From Candidatus Eiseniibacteriota bacterium (lineage in GTDB: Bacteria; Eisenbacteria; RBG-16-71-46): a DNA stretch of 64,000 bases. Positions 29,485 to 39,653 of this stretch are shown here, one piece after another. Where the stretch lies: NCBI GenBank assembly GCA_963776245.1, contig CAVZLN010000006.1:544001-608000 (forward strand), written 5' to 3'. The notes beneath the pieces are model-generated. The model was given only the letters and a program-made list of their open reading frames with translations, searched no databases and had not been told where the DNA came from. Each line of letters opens with the position of its first letter. Position 1 is the stretch's first letter. The position numbers were made by a program, and so were the translations under genes.

Positions 29485-30633
29485 TCACACCCCCTGGAAG
29501 ATGTGGACCACGGAGCTCGCTCCCGATCCACCCATGTTCTGCGACAGCCCGATGCGCGCGCCCTTCACCTGTCGCGCGCCGGCCTTGCCGCTCAGTTGCT
29601 CGTAGATCTCGATCGCCTGCGCGATCCCGGTGGCGCCCACCGGGTGGCCCTTGGACTTGAGCCCGCCGCTGGTGTTCACCGGGATGCGCCCGCCGAGCGC
29701 GGTGACGCCATCCTTCGCGGCGCTGCGCGCGCCCTTGCGATCCACCAGCCCGAGCGCCTCGATGCAGCAGATCTCGGCGATCGCGAAGCAGTCGTGCACC
29801 TCGGCGACCTGGATGTCGGCGGCCTTCAGCCCCGCCATCCGATAGGCGCGCTCGCCCGAGAGCGCCACCGCGTCGAGGAACGAGATGTCCTTGCGGTCGG
29901 CCAGGGCCAGCGTGCCGGTGGCCAGCCCGCTGCCCAGGATCTTCACCGGCCGATCGGTGTACTTCTTCGCCTGGTCGAGCGGACACAGCAGCACCGCGGC
30001 GGCGCCGTCGGTGACCGGCGAGCAGTGCAGCAGGCGCAGCGGGTCGGACACCACCGAGGAGCACATCACCTCGTCCAGCTTCACCTCGCGTCCGAACTGC
30101 GCCTTGGGGTTGAGCGCGCCGTGGCGGTGGTTCTTGACCGACACCCACGACAGGTCCTCGGGCGTCGTGCCGTAGGCCTGCATGTGGGCGCGCGCGATCA
30201 TGGCGTACAGCCCGGGGAAGGTGATGCCGTGATAGACCTCCTTCTCCTGGTCCGCCGCCGTGGCCAGCACCGCGGTGACGTCGGCGCCGTCGTTCATCTT
30301 CTCGATCCCGGCGGCCAGCACCAGGTCGCTGGCGCCGGAGGCGACCTCGAGGAACGCGGTGCGCAGCGCCACGCCTCCCGAGGCGCACGCCGACTCAACG
30401 TGCGTGGCCGCCACGCCGGCCATGCCCAGCTCGTCCGCGCACAGCGGGCCGATGTGCTCCTGCCCCACGAACTGCCCGCCCGACATGCAGCCCACCACGA
30501 TGGAATCGAGGTGGTCCGCCCGGGCGGCGCGCAGCGCTTCCAGCGCGGCCTCCGCGAACATGTCGCGCAGGCTCGATTCCCAGAGTTCTCCGAAGCGGGT
30601 CATCCCCGCCGCGACTATCGCCACTTCACGCAT
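29485..30633 (-). CDS. Acetoacetyl-CoA thiolase, archaeal/SCP2 type
   Basis: [40 protein letters not shown]. Confidence 0.92.
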   Translation of the reverse strand: MREVAIVAAGMTRFGELWESSLRDMFAEAALEALRAARADHLDSIVVGCMSGGQFVGQEHIGPLCADELGMAGVAATHVESACASGGVALRTAFLEVASGASDLVLAAGIEKMNDGADVTAVLATAADQEKEVYHGITFPGLYAMIARAHMQAYGTTPEDLSWVSVKNHRHGALNPKAQFGREVKLDEVMCSSVVSDPLRLLHCSPVTDGAAAVLLCPLDQAKKYTDRPVKILGSGLATGTLALADRKDISFLDAVALSGERAYRMAGLKAADIQVAEVHDCFAIAEICCIEALGLVDRKGARSAAKDGVTALGGRIPVNTSGGLKSKGHPVGATGIAQAIEIYEQLSGKAGARQVKGARIGLSQNMGGSGASSVVHIFQGV

Positions 30634-30649
30634 CGGGTCGTCCTCCCGG

Positions 30650-31696
30650 CTAGTCGTTCAGGATGATCTTCTCGCGGAACTTCGCGTACTCGCCGTACGT
30701 GAGGTACCGCCGCGGACCGTCGAGCATGGAGCGCACCGTGCGTGCGAGTCCGCGCCGTTCCGGGAGCAGCTTGGTGGCGCGCAGAGCGAACGAGTCGCTG
30801 CCCGCCCCCGAGCCGAACGAGGTGATGAGGATCAGGTCGCCCGGGTCGGCCACATCGAGCACCGCCGCGAGCCCCGTGGGGGACGAACCCGAGTAGGTGT
30901 TGCCCATGGTGTTCACGATCCAGCCGGTCGCCATCTGCTCGCGGGTGAAGCCGAGCTCCTTACCGACCGCGAGCGGGAACTTGCCGTTGGGCATGTGGAA
31001 GACGACGTGCTTGAAGTCGGCCGGCTTGCGGCCGGACTTCTGCAGCAGCGCCCGCGTCGCGCTGGAGACGTGCTTGAAGTACGCGGGCTCGCCGGTGAAG
31101 CGGCCACCGTGGCGCGGGTAGAACTGGCCCTCGCGCCGCCAGAAGTCGGGAGTGTCGGTGGTGAAACTGTAGGTCTCGAGCACCTCGACGAGCAGATCCT
31201 TCTGGCCGAAGATGTAGGCCGCGCCGCCCGCGGACGCCGAGAACTCGAGCGCGTCGTTGGGCGCGCCCTGGGAGGTGTCCGCGCCGATGCCCATCGCGTA
31301 CTCGACGCGACCCGACTCCACCAGGCCGAGGGCGACGAACATCGCCTCGGTCCCCGCCTTGCACGCGAACTCGAAGTCGGCGACGTGGACCTCGGGTGCG
31401 ATCCCCAGCGCCTCGATCACGGCGGTGCCGCTCGGCTTGACCGCGTACGGATGCGATTCCGAACCGATGTAGACGGCGCCGATGCGGGCCGGGTCGATGC
31501 GTGCCCGGGCCACCGCGTCGCGGCCCGCCGCCACCGAGATGGTGATGGTGTCCTCGTCGAGGCCGGGAACCGACTTCTCCTCGAGGAGAAGTCCCTTGCG
31601 GATCGTGTCGGGGTCCTTGCCCCACTGCCGAGCGATCTCCTCGGCCTTGATGCGGTTGCGCGGGATGTACGCGCCGTAGCCGACGATGCCTGCCAT
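30650..31696 (-). CDS. Hydroxymethylglutaryl-CoA synthase, archaeal type
   Basis: [63 protein letters not shown]. Confidence 0.92.
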   Translation of the reverse strand: MAGIVGYGAYIPRNRIKAEEIARQWGKDPDTIRKGLLLEEKSVPGLDEDTITISVAAGRDAVARARIDPARIGAVYIGSESHPYAVKPSGTAVIEALGIAPEVHVADFEFACKAGTEAMFVALGLVESGRVEYAMGIGADTSQGAPNDALEFSASAGGAAYIFGQKDLLVEVLETYSFTTDTPDFWRREGQFYPRHGGRFTGEPAYFKHVSSATRALLQKSGRKPADFKHVVFHMPNGKFPLAVGKELGFTREQMATGWIVNTMGNTYSGSSPTGLAAVLDVADPGDLILITSFGSGAGSDSFALRATKLLPERRGLARTVRSMLDGPRRYLTYGEYAKFREKIILND

Positions 31697-31860
31697 GTGC
31701 GCTCCTCGGGGTGACGGGCGCCGCGCGGCCCGCCCGGTGGCCGGGCGGGGCGGCGCAACGCTGCTCCAGCGGTGAACCTGGGTGGTAATCGGATCCGGAA
31801 CGCGGAGGGACGGAACGCGGCAACCGGTCAGCGCTCCCCGCGGCCTCGGGTCGGTTTCGG

Positions 31861-31869
31861 AGCCTAGCA
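31861..31869 (-). promoter_or_regulatory. Putative extended -10 element for the HMG-CoA synthase operon
   Basis: Minus strand TGCTAGGCT; similar TGnTAGnnT elements at 48296 (+), 48248 (-) and 57707 (+). Confidence 0.4.
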
Positions 31870-31923
31870 GATTCCGCGCGGGCCGACCGCAATCGCCGCG
31901 CGCCCTCGGCGCGCAGTCCCCTC

Positions 31924-33081
31924 CTACGGGCTCACCGTGAACGGCACCGACGCTTGCGTGGTGTCCCAGTCGAGGTTCAGCACCCCGCCCTTCGGGCCCG
32001 GCACGATGCCGATCGTGAACCGCTCGACCGGCCCGGGCAGCCGGCTGACCTCCATATCGATGGTGTAGAGGTCCTTCGCCGCCTTGTGCTCGGTGCCCCA
32101 CTGCCCGGTCTCGCCGTTGATGATCAGCTTCCAGCCGCTGGGCGAGGGAAGGGTCCACAGGGTGTAGAAGCCCGCCGGCACCACGGTGCCCTTCATCTCG
32201 AGCGCGCGATCGGTCCTGAACTGGGTGGCCGCGTTCGCGCCGGTGCGCCACACCTCACCCCACGGCACGACGTCGCCGAAGATGGTGCGACCGCGCCGCG
32301 CCGGCCGCCCGTAGTCGATCCACAGCGAGGCCCCGCCGGCGTCCGCCACCCGGACCGTGTCGCGCGGCGAGAGCGCGCCCATCGCACCGGACTCGTGCTC
32401 GCGCGCCACGAACCCGGCCGCCAGCGCGTCGAGGTCGAGGTTCGGCACGCGCTCGGCACCGAACTTTCCGGTGCCCGAGATCGGCCGCACTCCCAGGAGG
32501 TGCCCCTCACGATCCACTCGCGCGTGGAAGACGTCCGCGTGGTCGGTCTGGATCACCACCGAGTCCCGACCCAGCCGGCTCACCCGGAGCCAGCCGGTGG
32601 CCGGCGCGCCGAGGAAGTACATCGGGGCGCGCAGGGTGTCGGCCTTCAGCTTCGCGAGCCGCATGGTCTGGCGCTCGTACATCACCCACGGGCTCGAGCT
32701 GGCCACGATCACGATGCCCGGCTGCAGGCCGATCCGCACGTCGCGGGTGGCTCCACCGCCCACCACCTGCATGCGCATCGAGTCGGCGTCGAAGCGGGCC
32801 TCGATGGTCTGCGTGGGCGTCGTCGACCCGGGAGGGGTGACGACCATCGACAGGTGCGAGAGCGCATCGCGCTCGAACTCGTACACGAAGTGACGCCGCA
32901 GAGTCCGCGGCGCGCGACCGACCTGGTCCACCTCCACGCGAGCGACGGTGCGCGTGAAGCGTTCGGCGCTCGTGGTGTCCACGCCGAGCCGGACGACGAA
33001 GCCGCCCGACTCCTGCGCGGCGAGCGGACCGGCGAGGGCGAGCATGAGCGGGAGGGCGAGAAGGGTGCGGACGTGCGTCAT
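31924..33081 (-). CDS. Secreted DUF2911-domain protein
   Basis: Signal peptide; C-terminal SPRD...[28 protein letters not shown]...QWGT. Confidence 0.85.
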   Translation of the reverse strand: MTHVRTLLALPLMLALAGPLAAQESGGFVVRLGVDTTSAERFTRTVARVEVDQVGRAPRTLRRHFVYEFERDALSHLSMVVTPPGSTTPTQTIEARFDADSMRMQVVGGGATRDVRIGLQPGIVIVASSSPWVMYERQTMRLAKLKADTLRAPMYFLGAPATGWLRVSRLGRDSVVIQTDHADVFHARVDREGHLLGVRPISGTGKFGAERVPNLDLDALAAGFVAREHESGAMGALSPRDTVRVADAGGASLWIDYGRPARRGRTIFGDVVPWGEVWRTGANAATQFRTDRALEMKGTVVPAGFYTLWTLPSPSGWKLIINGETGQWGTEHKAAKDLYTIDMEVSRLPGPVERFTIGIVPGPKGGVLNLDWDTTQASVPFTVSP

Positions 33082-33277
33082 ACGGGGCTCCTGTGGGAGG
33101 GAACGTGGGGCTCGGCCGGGACGGGTCGCGCGGTCACGCCGAAGACTGCGGCAAGTCCCGGCCGCACCGGTGGTCCGATGCACCAGCGCGGTCAGGGAGG
33201 CGACCGCCGCGGTTCCGGCGCGAGGCGACCGAATCCGGGCTTCCCGCGCGGGTGCGCGCTGCGGCATGCTGCCCGGC

Positions 33278-34345
33278 ATGCTGCTCTCCGAGACCCTCCC
33301 GCCCGGCGGCGCGCCGCGGCCCGGCGATCCACGCGCCGGATCCTCCCGGCGGCGCGCGGGACTGTGGGCCGCGCTCGCCCTCGTCTTCCTGTGGGTCGCG
33401 GCGGCCGTGGTGTACCCGCCCATCACCAAGTACGACCTCTACGATCCCGGGCTCGGCGGCCGCCTGGGAGACGTCGGGCAGTACGTCCGCATGTATCAGG
33501 GGGTGTCCCTGCGGGAGGTGCCGAAGCCGTTCCGCTACCGCGTGTTCACGCCCTGGGCCGCGCGTCTCGTTCCGCCGGTGCCCCAGCCGCTGCTGCGCTA
33601 CTTCGATGTCAGCCCCGAGAAGCTCGTGAAGTACCGATTCGGAATCGTGAACCTGCTCGGGCTGGCGCTCACCGGCCTGCTGCTGGTGGCGTTCTGCGAG
33701 GGGCTCGGGTTCGCCCTCCGGGACGGGCTGGTCGCCGCGCTGTTGTTCTTCACCTCGTTCCCGGTGATCAACTTCGGCGGGACACCGATGGTGGACGCGT
33801 GGGCGTACGCGTTCCTGATGATGGGGCTGGTGGCCGCGCTGAACGAGCGCCGCGCCTGGCTGTGCGTGGCCTGCCTGGTCGGCGTGATGGCGAAGGAGAC
33901 CACGCTGCTGCTCGTGCCGGCGGCGCTGCTGCTGCCCGGCGCGCCGCGCCTCAAGGCCGGCCGGCTGCTCGCGCTGCTGCCCGGCGCGATCGCCTACGCC
34001 GTGTTCCGCTTCGCGCTCTTCCCGACGCGCACCGGGTGGTCCTACGATCCGGCCACGCTGGCGACCAACCTCGCCGACTCCGTGACCCCCGGTCCCTATC
34101 ACTGGTGGAACCTGTTCGACGGCGGCACCGCGTTCGGCCTGCTCTGGCCGCTGGCGCTCCTCGGGGCGTGGGAGCTGCGCCGCCGGCCGCACGAGCCGCT
34201 CGCGCGGCTGGCGTGGCTCGTGCCCGGGCTCCTCGCGCTCCCGTTCCTGATCGGCTCGAACATCGGGCGCATCTGGTTCTACGCGTTCCCGGTCGTGCTC
34301 CCGCTCGCGGTGTCCGGGCTGCGCCGCATGCGCGTCCTGGGCTGA
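33278..34345 (+). CDS. Polytopic membrane protein, possibly GT-C-like; start uncertain
   Basis: First TM followed by a loop with GDVGQY...PFRYRV; AKE motif; about nine TM segments. Confidence 0.6.
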   Translation: MLLSETLPPGGAPRPGDPRAGSSRRRAGLWAALALVFLWVAAAVVYPPITKYDLYDPGLGGRLGDVGQYVRMYQGVSLREVPKPFRYRVFTPWAARLVPPVPQPLLRYFDVSPEKLVKYRFGIVNLLGLALTGLLLVAFCEGLGFALRDGLVAALLFFTSFPVINFGGTPMVDAWAYAFLMMGLVAALNERRAWLCVACLVGVMAKETTLLLVPAALLLPGAPRLKAGRLLALLPGAIAYAVFRFALFPTRTGWSYDPATLATNLADSVTPGPYHWWNLFDGGTAFGLLWPLALLGAWELRRRPHEPLARLAWLVPGLLALPFLIGSNIGRIWFYAFPVVLPLAVSGLRRMRVLG

Positions 34346-34564
34346 CGCGCGACGCCATCCGCGGCGGCGCCGAAGCGGGATCCGACCTTGTGCGCGGCCG
34401 GGATCCCGCGCGATCATGCGACGCCCGAGCGCCGCCGATCAGCCATTGATTTGGCGGACCTCAACTCCGAGAATGGGCGACCGTCAGGGACGTGCGCGTC
34501 GCCGGCGGAAGGCCCGGAGGTTCGGTGGCGACGGCCCGGTCGGGCCGGCGCATGAACGACGCAG

Positions 34565-35629
34565 GTGAGCGAGGGACCGAGGATGACGGTGGCGGTCAGG
34601 GCGGCGACGGATCTGGGGCTCAGGCGCACCCAGAACGAGGACAACCACGGCAGCTGGGTCCCGTCCGAGCCCGCCGAGCGGGCGCGGCGCGGCGTCCTGA
34701 TCGTGGTCGCGGACGGCATGGGCGGCTCGAACGCGGGCGAGGTCGCCAGCCAGCTCGCGGTCCAGACCGTGATCCGCTCCTACCGCGAGGCGCCCGGCGA
34801 CAGCCCGCTCGACGACCTGTATCGCGCGGTCGAGGCGGCGAATGAGGTGGTGCACCGCGAGAGCGTCGCGCATCCCGAGCACTCGGGGATGGGCACCACG
34901 TGCACCGCGGTCGTCCTGCGCGACCGCGACGCGTACTTCGCGCACGTCGGGGACAGCCGCGCCTACTTCGTGCACGACGGCCGCATCCGCCAGCTCACGC
35001 ACGATCACTCGTTCGTGGCCCAGCTGGTCCGCGACGGACTGCTGACCCCGGATCAGGCGCGGGTGGACCCGCGGCGCAACGTGCTGACCCGGAGCGTGGG
35101 CGTGGTGTCCGCGGTCGAGATCGACGCCGAGCACCAGCCCGGGCTGCTCGTCGAGGGCGCCACGCTCCTGCTCTGCACCGATGGGCTCCACGGGCTGCTG
35201 GACGACGCGGAACTGCAGGCCGCGGCCTCCTCCGCCGATCTCGAGCAGGGCTGCCGCGAGGCGGTCGCGCTGGCGAACCAGCGAGGCGGTCCCGATAACA
35301 TCACGCTGGTCCTGGCGCGCGTGTCCTCGCGACCGGAAGTCGAGGAGCCCCCGACCGGCGGCGAGCCCGCTGCGTGGGAGGCGAACGGCCGCGGCGTGGT
35401 CGCGGGGCCCGGGCCCGCCGACGAGCCGCCGCCGCCGCGGCGCGCCACCCGCGCCGGGCGCAAGCCGAACCGCACCCATATGATAATGTGGCTGGTCGTC
35501 GCGCTCGCCGTCTGGCTGATCGCGGTCGCGGCGATGGCGCTGGTACTCCACCGCGTGGGCAGGCAATCGAAGGACCTCGGCTCGCGCGAGCCACCCCAGA
35601 CCGGACGGGCGAACCTGGCATGGCGATGA
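34565..35629 (+). CDS. PP2C-type Ser/Thr phosphatase (Stp1/PrpC) with a C-terminal TM
   Basis: TDLGLRR..NED, VADGMGG, GMGTT, HVGDSRAY, LCTDGL, GGPDNIT. Confidence 0.93.
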   Translation: MSEGPRMTVAVRAATDLGLRRTQNEDNHGSWVPSEPAERARRGVLIVVADGMGGSNAGEVASQLAVQTVIRSYREAPGDSPLDDLYRAVEAANEVVHRESVAHPEHSGMGTTCTAVVLRDRDAYFAHVGDSRAYFVHDGRIRQLTHDHSFVAQLVRDGLLTPDQARVDPRRNVLTRSVGVVSAVEIDAEHQPGLLVEGATLLLCTDGLHGLLDDAELQAAASSADLEQGCREAVALANQRGGPDNITLVLARVSSRPEVEEPPTGGEPAAWEANGRGVVAGPGPADEPPPPRRATRAGRKPNRTHMIMWLVVALAVWLIAVAAMALVLHRVGRQSKDLGSREPPQTGRANLAWR

Positions 35630-37756
35630 ACAAGGAATTCGGCGCTTACGAGATCCTCGAGAAGATCGGGAGCGGCGGCATGGCCTCGGTCTACCTCGGG
35701 GTCCAGAAGTCGCTCGACCGCAAGGTCGTGCTCAAGGTGCTCTACCCGCACCTCGCCGAGGACGAGAACCTGGTCAAGCGCTTCGAGCGCGAGGCGCGCG
35801 CCGCGGCGATGCTGCGCCACGAGAACATCGTGCAGGTCATCGACTGCGGCCGCTACGAGGACGTCTCCTACATCGCCATGGAGTTCGTCGAGGGCCTCGA
35901 CCTCAAGAAGTGGGTCGAGCAGTTCGGCAACCCGCCGATCGAGCTCGCCCTGCTGCTGCTCCGCGATCTCTGCGGCGGCCTCGAGCACGCGCACCAGAAC
36001 CGCATCGTGCACCGCGACATCAAGCCCGCCAACATCATGTTCACGCCCGACGGCATCCTCAAGATCATGGACTTCGGGCTGGCGCGCCGCGGCGAGGACT
36101 CGACCGCGGTCACGCTGGTGGGCAGCGTCCTCGGCACGCCCGCCTACATGTCGCCCGAGCAGGCCACCGGCGAGGTCGTGGACGAGCGCAGCGACATCTT
36201 CTCCGCCGGCGTGGTGGGCTACGAGCTGCTCGGGCGGCCAGCGGCCGTTCCAGGGCGATTCCTACTCGACGGTGCTGCGCGCCGTGCTCACCGTCGAGCC
36301 GCCGCCGCTCGGGAGTTTCAACCCGTTGGTGCCCGACGAGGTGGTCGCGATCATCCACCGCATGCTCCAGAAGGACGTCTCGAAGCGCTATCCGCGCATC
36401 GCGCAGGCGCGCGCCGAGCTCGATGCGGTGCTCGACCAGATGGGCCTCCACCGCAGCCGCGACCTGATGCGGGAGTGCGCCCAGGACCCGGTCGCGATGA
36501 GCGAGCAGCTGAAGAAGAAGCGGCTCGCGCGTCACCGCGACCAGGGGCTCTATTACGAGAACATGGGGCTCGGGAAGATCGACGACGCCCTGCTCGAGTT
36601 CCGGCGCGTGCTCCACCTCGACCCGCAGGACCGGGTCGCGCGGGAACACGTGCAGAAGCTCGAGCGCGATCGCGAGCGGATGCGTGCCGAGAGCGCCTCG
36701 GCGCGCCTGGCGCCAGCGGCGCCCGACCCCGAGACCACCAGCGTGCTCACGCCGGAGGCGCTGGCCGCGATGACGGCCGCGGCGCCGGCGCCGAAGCCGG
36801 CCGCCGCCGCCAAGGTCCCGCCGCCGGCGGCCCCTGCGAAGCCCGCCGCACCCGCTCGGCGGGAGCCGCGCGCGGCCGCGAGTGCGTCATCGGGCGCCCG
36901 CAATCTGCTCGTCGCCGGGGTCGGAGCGCTCGTCGTGGTGGCCGCGATCGTGGTCGGGATGCTCACGCTCGGTGGCCGCAAGCAGGGCGGGGCGGCGGAC
37001 CAGCCGCCACGGGACGAGTCCTCGGCCCCGCCGGCCGCCGAGGCCCCCGCCCCCACGCCCGCACCGGTCTCCACCCCGGTCGTGAGCGTCGGCGCCATCG
37101 CCATCACCTCCGACCCCGCGGGACCCCGGCTGTTCCTCGACGGTCAGCCGCAGACGAGCCACCCCGGCGGCAAGCTCGAAGGGATCGCGGCGGGCCCTCA
37201 CACCGTGCGCGTGGAGAAGAGCGGCTACCTCACCCAGGAGCGCCAGGTCGATGTCGTCGAAGGCCGGACCGCCGCGCTCGACTTCAAGCTGGAGGTGGCG
37301 CCCGATGCGGCGGGCACGCTCGTGATCCGCGCGACGCCGTGGGCTTCCTTCTATGTGGACGACAAGCTCGAGGGCACTCCGAACTCGATGTCGGCGCGGA
37401 TCCCGGTCAGCGCGGGGATGCACGTCATCCGGATCGTGAATCCGAATTTCGACTCGAAGATCTGGAACGACGTCCGGGTCGAGCCCAACGCCACGGTGAC
37501 GCTGGAGCACAACTTCCTCACCAGCACCGTGGGCCGGCTCAAGGTGCCGTCGCCGGGGAACTGGGCGTACATCGTTCTCAACGGCACGAACACCGGCAAG
37601 ACCACGCCGTTCGAATTCGGCGACCTCAAGCCCGGCCGCTACGTCGTCACGCTCCAACGCGACGGCTTCGTCATCGATGGCGGGCCGCAGACCATCGTGG
37701 TGACGGGCGGCGAGACCGCGATCGCCCAGTTCAAGCTCCGGCAACTCTCGCCCTGA
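35626..37756 (+). CDS. Hanks-type Ser/Thr kinase with TPR-like segment, TM and PEGA repeats; one apparent frameshift near 36233
   Basis: IGSGGMASVY, HRDIKPAN, DFGLA, GTPAYMSPEQ, SDIFSAG; removing one G restores LLGGQRPFQG; three PEGA-like repeats after the TM. Confidence 0.9.
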
Positions 37757-37985
37757 GCCTCACCACCACCGAAGCGCGACGCGGGGACCCGCACGAACAG
37801 TACGGCGCGGGGCGGGCCTCGGCTCGCGTCTGGACTGGTCCCCGACGCGCTCCATCGTGCGCGCGATTCCGACTGGACTTCGGCAATCAAACAACCGATT
37901 CTCCCGGCGCGATGCCAGTCGCAGCCACCATCGTAGGCGATTCTGGATTCCGCCTCGGACCCGGACCTCTGGCAGGAGGTGCTCG

Positions 37986-38670
37986 ATGAAGCAACGTCGC
38001 GCGCGGTGGCGAGTCGTCGCTACCGCGGTCACGCTGTCCGTCCAGTTCACGATCATGCTCACACCGGTCGTGAGTTACGCGCAGACCTCCGGAACCCAGC
38101 GCCCCCCGGTGCAGCGCGGGCAGGAGTACTACGAGCAGTCGCGTTTCGACGAGGCGATCACGCTGCTCCGGGATCTCGTGGATCGGGATCAGCTGAGCGG
38201 AGAGACCCTCCAGAAGGCGCGCGAGCTGCTGGCCCGCTCCTACGTGAAGAAGGGCTACCCGGTCCAGGCCAAGGAGATGTTCAAGGCGATCCTGCGCGTC
38301 ACGCCCGATTGGCGTCCCGACCCGATCAAGGTCCCGCCGGACGAGACCGCGGTCTTCGACCAGGCACTCAAGGAGTTCCAGACGGAGCAGGTGGCACCGC
38401 CGCCGCCACCACCGCCGCCGGTGAAGCAGGAGACCGCCGGCGCCGCCCGAAATGTCCAAGCCGGCGCCGGCCAAGCCGAAGATGGCCCCGGTCATCGTTC
38501 CCACCCTGTCGAGCCCCAAGAAGTCCAACAAGACCTGGCTCTACGTGGCGGGCGGAGCGGTGCTGGTGGGCGTCATCGCGGCCGTGGCCGGAGGTGGTTC
38601 CAGCGGTGGCAGCGGCTCGACGCCGCCCCCGCCCGCGTTGAGTGGATTCCCGCCGCCGCCGTCGCCGTAG
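37986..38670 (+). CDS. Exported TPR-like protein with a Pro-rich linker and C-terminal hydrophobic/Gly-Pro tail; one apparent frameshift near 38435
   Basis: RBS GGAGG; signal peptide; GQEYYEQSRFDEAITLL; next frame gives KKSNKTWLYVAGGAVLVGVIAAVAGGG...FPPPP. Confidence 0.7.
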
Positions 38671-38737
38671 CCCACGGCGCGCCTTCGACGACCTGACGAC
38701 CTGTCCGTTCGAGTGAACCACCAGGATGGAGGCTGAC

Positions 38738-39607
38738 ATGATGCGCAAGCTTTCCGTAACACTTGCCGCCGCGGCGCTGGTCCTCGGCCTGCAGTCGATC
38801 GCGTGGGCCGCGGTGCCCGCCGTGATCCCCTACCAGGGCCGTCTCACCGATGCCTCGGGCACCGTCATCAGCGGCAGCCAGAGCATCGTGTTCTCGCTCT
38901 TCACCGTCGCCACCGGCGGCACCGCCGTCTGGACCGAGACCCAGCCGACCGTGGCGGTCGCGGCCGGGTTGTTCAGCGTGGATCTCGGCTCGGTCACCAC
39001 GCTGCCCCCGAGCGTCTTCACCGGTGGCGATCTCTATCTCGAGATCAAGGTCGGGACCGATGCTGCGATGACCCCCCGGCAGCGGCTCGGGACCGTGGCG
39101 TACGCGCAGCGCGCGGGGCTGGCCGCCTCGGTCGGGAGCTCCTTCAAGGCGTGGGCACTGACCACTCAGGCCGTGGGGATCCAGGATCTCACGACCTACG
39201 TGGCGACTTTCCCCGGACCCGGATACGCGATCGTCCAGGGCTACGTGCAGCTGGGTTGGTCCGGGGCCGCGACCGGTGAATACAACCTGAACATCACGCA
39301 GGCCTCTCTGTCGAGCCCCTTCAATACCGGGACGACATTCGAATACCACTCAGGAGATGCCGCAGGCAGCACGCATCGGGGCATGCTCTCCAACATGCGG
39401 GTATTCTCGATCCCGGGCGCGGGCGCGCGGACCTTCTACCTCGTCGGAGAGGCGCAGGCGAGCAGCTACGAGGTGTGGGGCGCGCACCTGATCGTCCAGT
39501 TCGTCCCCGACGCTCTCGGCACGGTCGTCGCACCGCTCGAAGTCCCCGCGTCGGCGCTCAAGCCCGACTCCGGGACCTCCGCTGAAACCAGTGCAGGATC
39601 CAAGTGA
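38738..39607 (+). CDS. Secreted hypothetical protein with an N-terminal VP..IPYQGRLTD domain
   Basis: RBS GGAGG; signal peptide AWA/A; GLFSVDLG, YLEIKV and PRQRL..VAYA motifs. Confidence 0.8.
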   Translation: MMRKLSVTLAAAALVLGLQSIAWAAVPAVIPYQGRLTDASGTVISGSQSIVFSLFTVATGGTAVWTETQPTVAVAAGLFSVDLGSVTTLPPSVFTGGDLYLEIKVGTDAAMTPRQRLGTVAYAQRAGLAASVGSSFKAWALTTQAVGIQDLTTYVATFPGPGYAIVQGYVQLGWSGAATGEYNLNITQASLSSPFNTGTTFEYHSGDAAGSTHRGMLSNMRVFSIPGAGARTFYLVGEAQASSYEVWGAHLIVQFVPDALGTVVAPLEVPASALKPDSGTSAETSAGSK

Positions 39608-39653
39608 CGACTCCCCCCGATTCACCAGCGGATCCCGTGACGCGGAGGAGCAC

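Noticed and set aside
29090..31696. PhlABC (diacetylphloroglucinol acyltransferase) cluster
   Set aside because: The synthase retains HMG-CoA synthase catalytic residues and there is no phlD-like type III PKS nearby.
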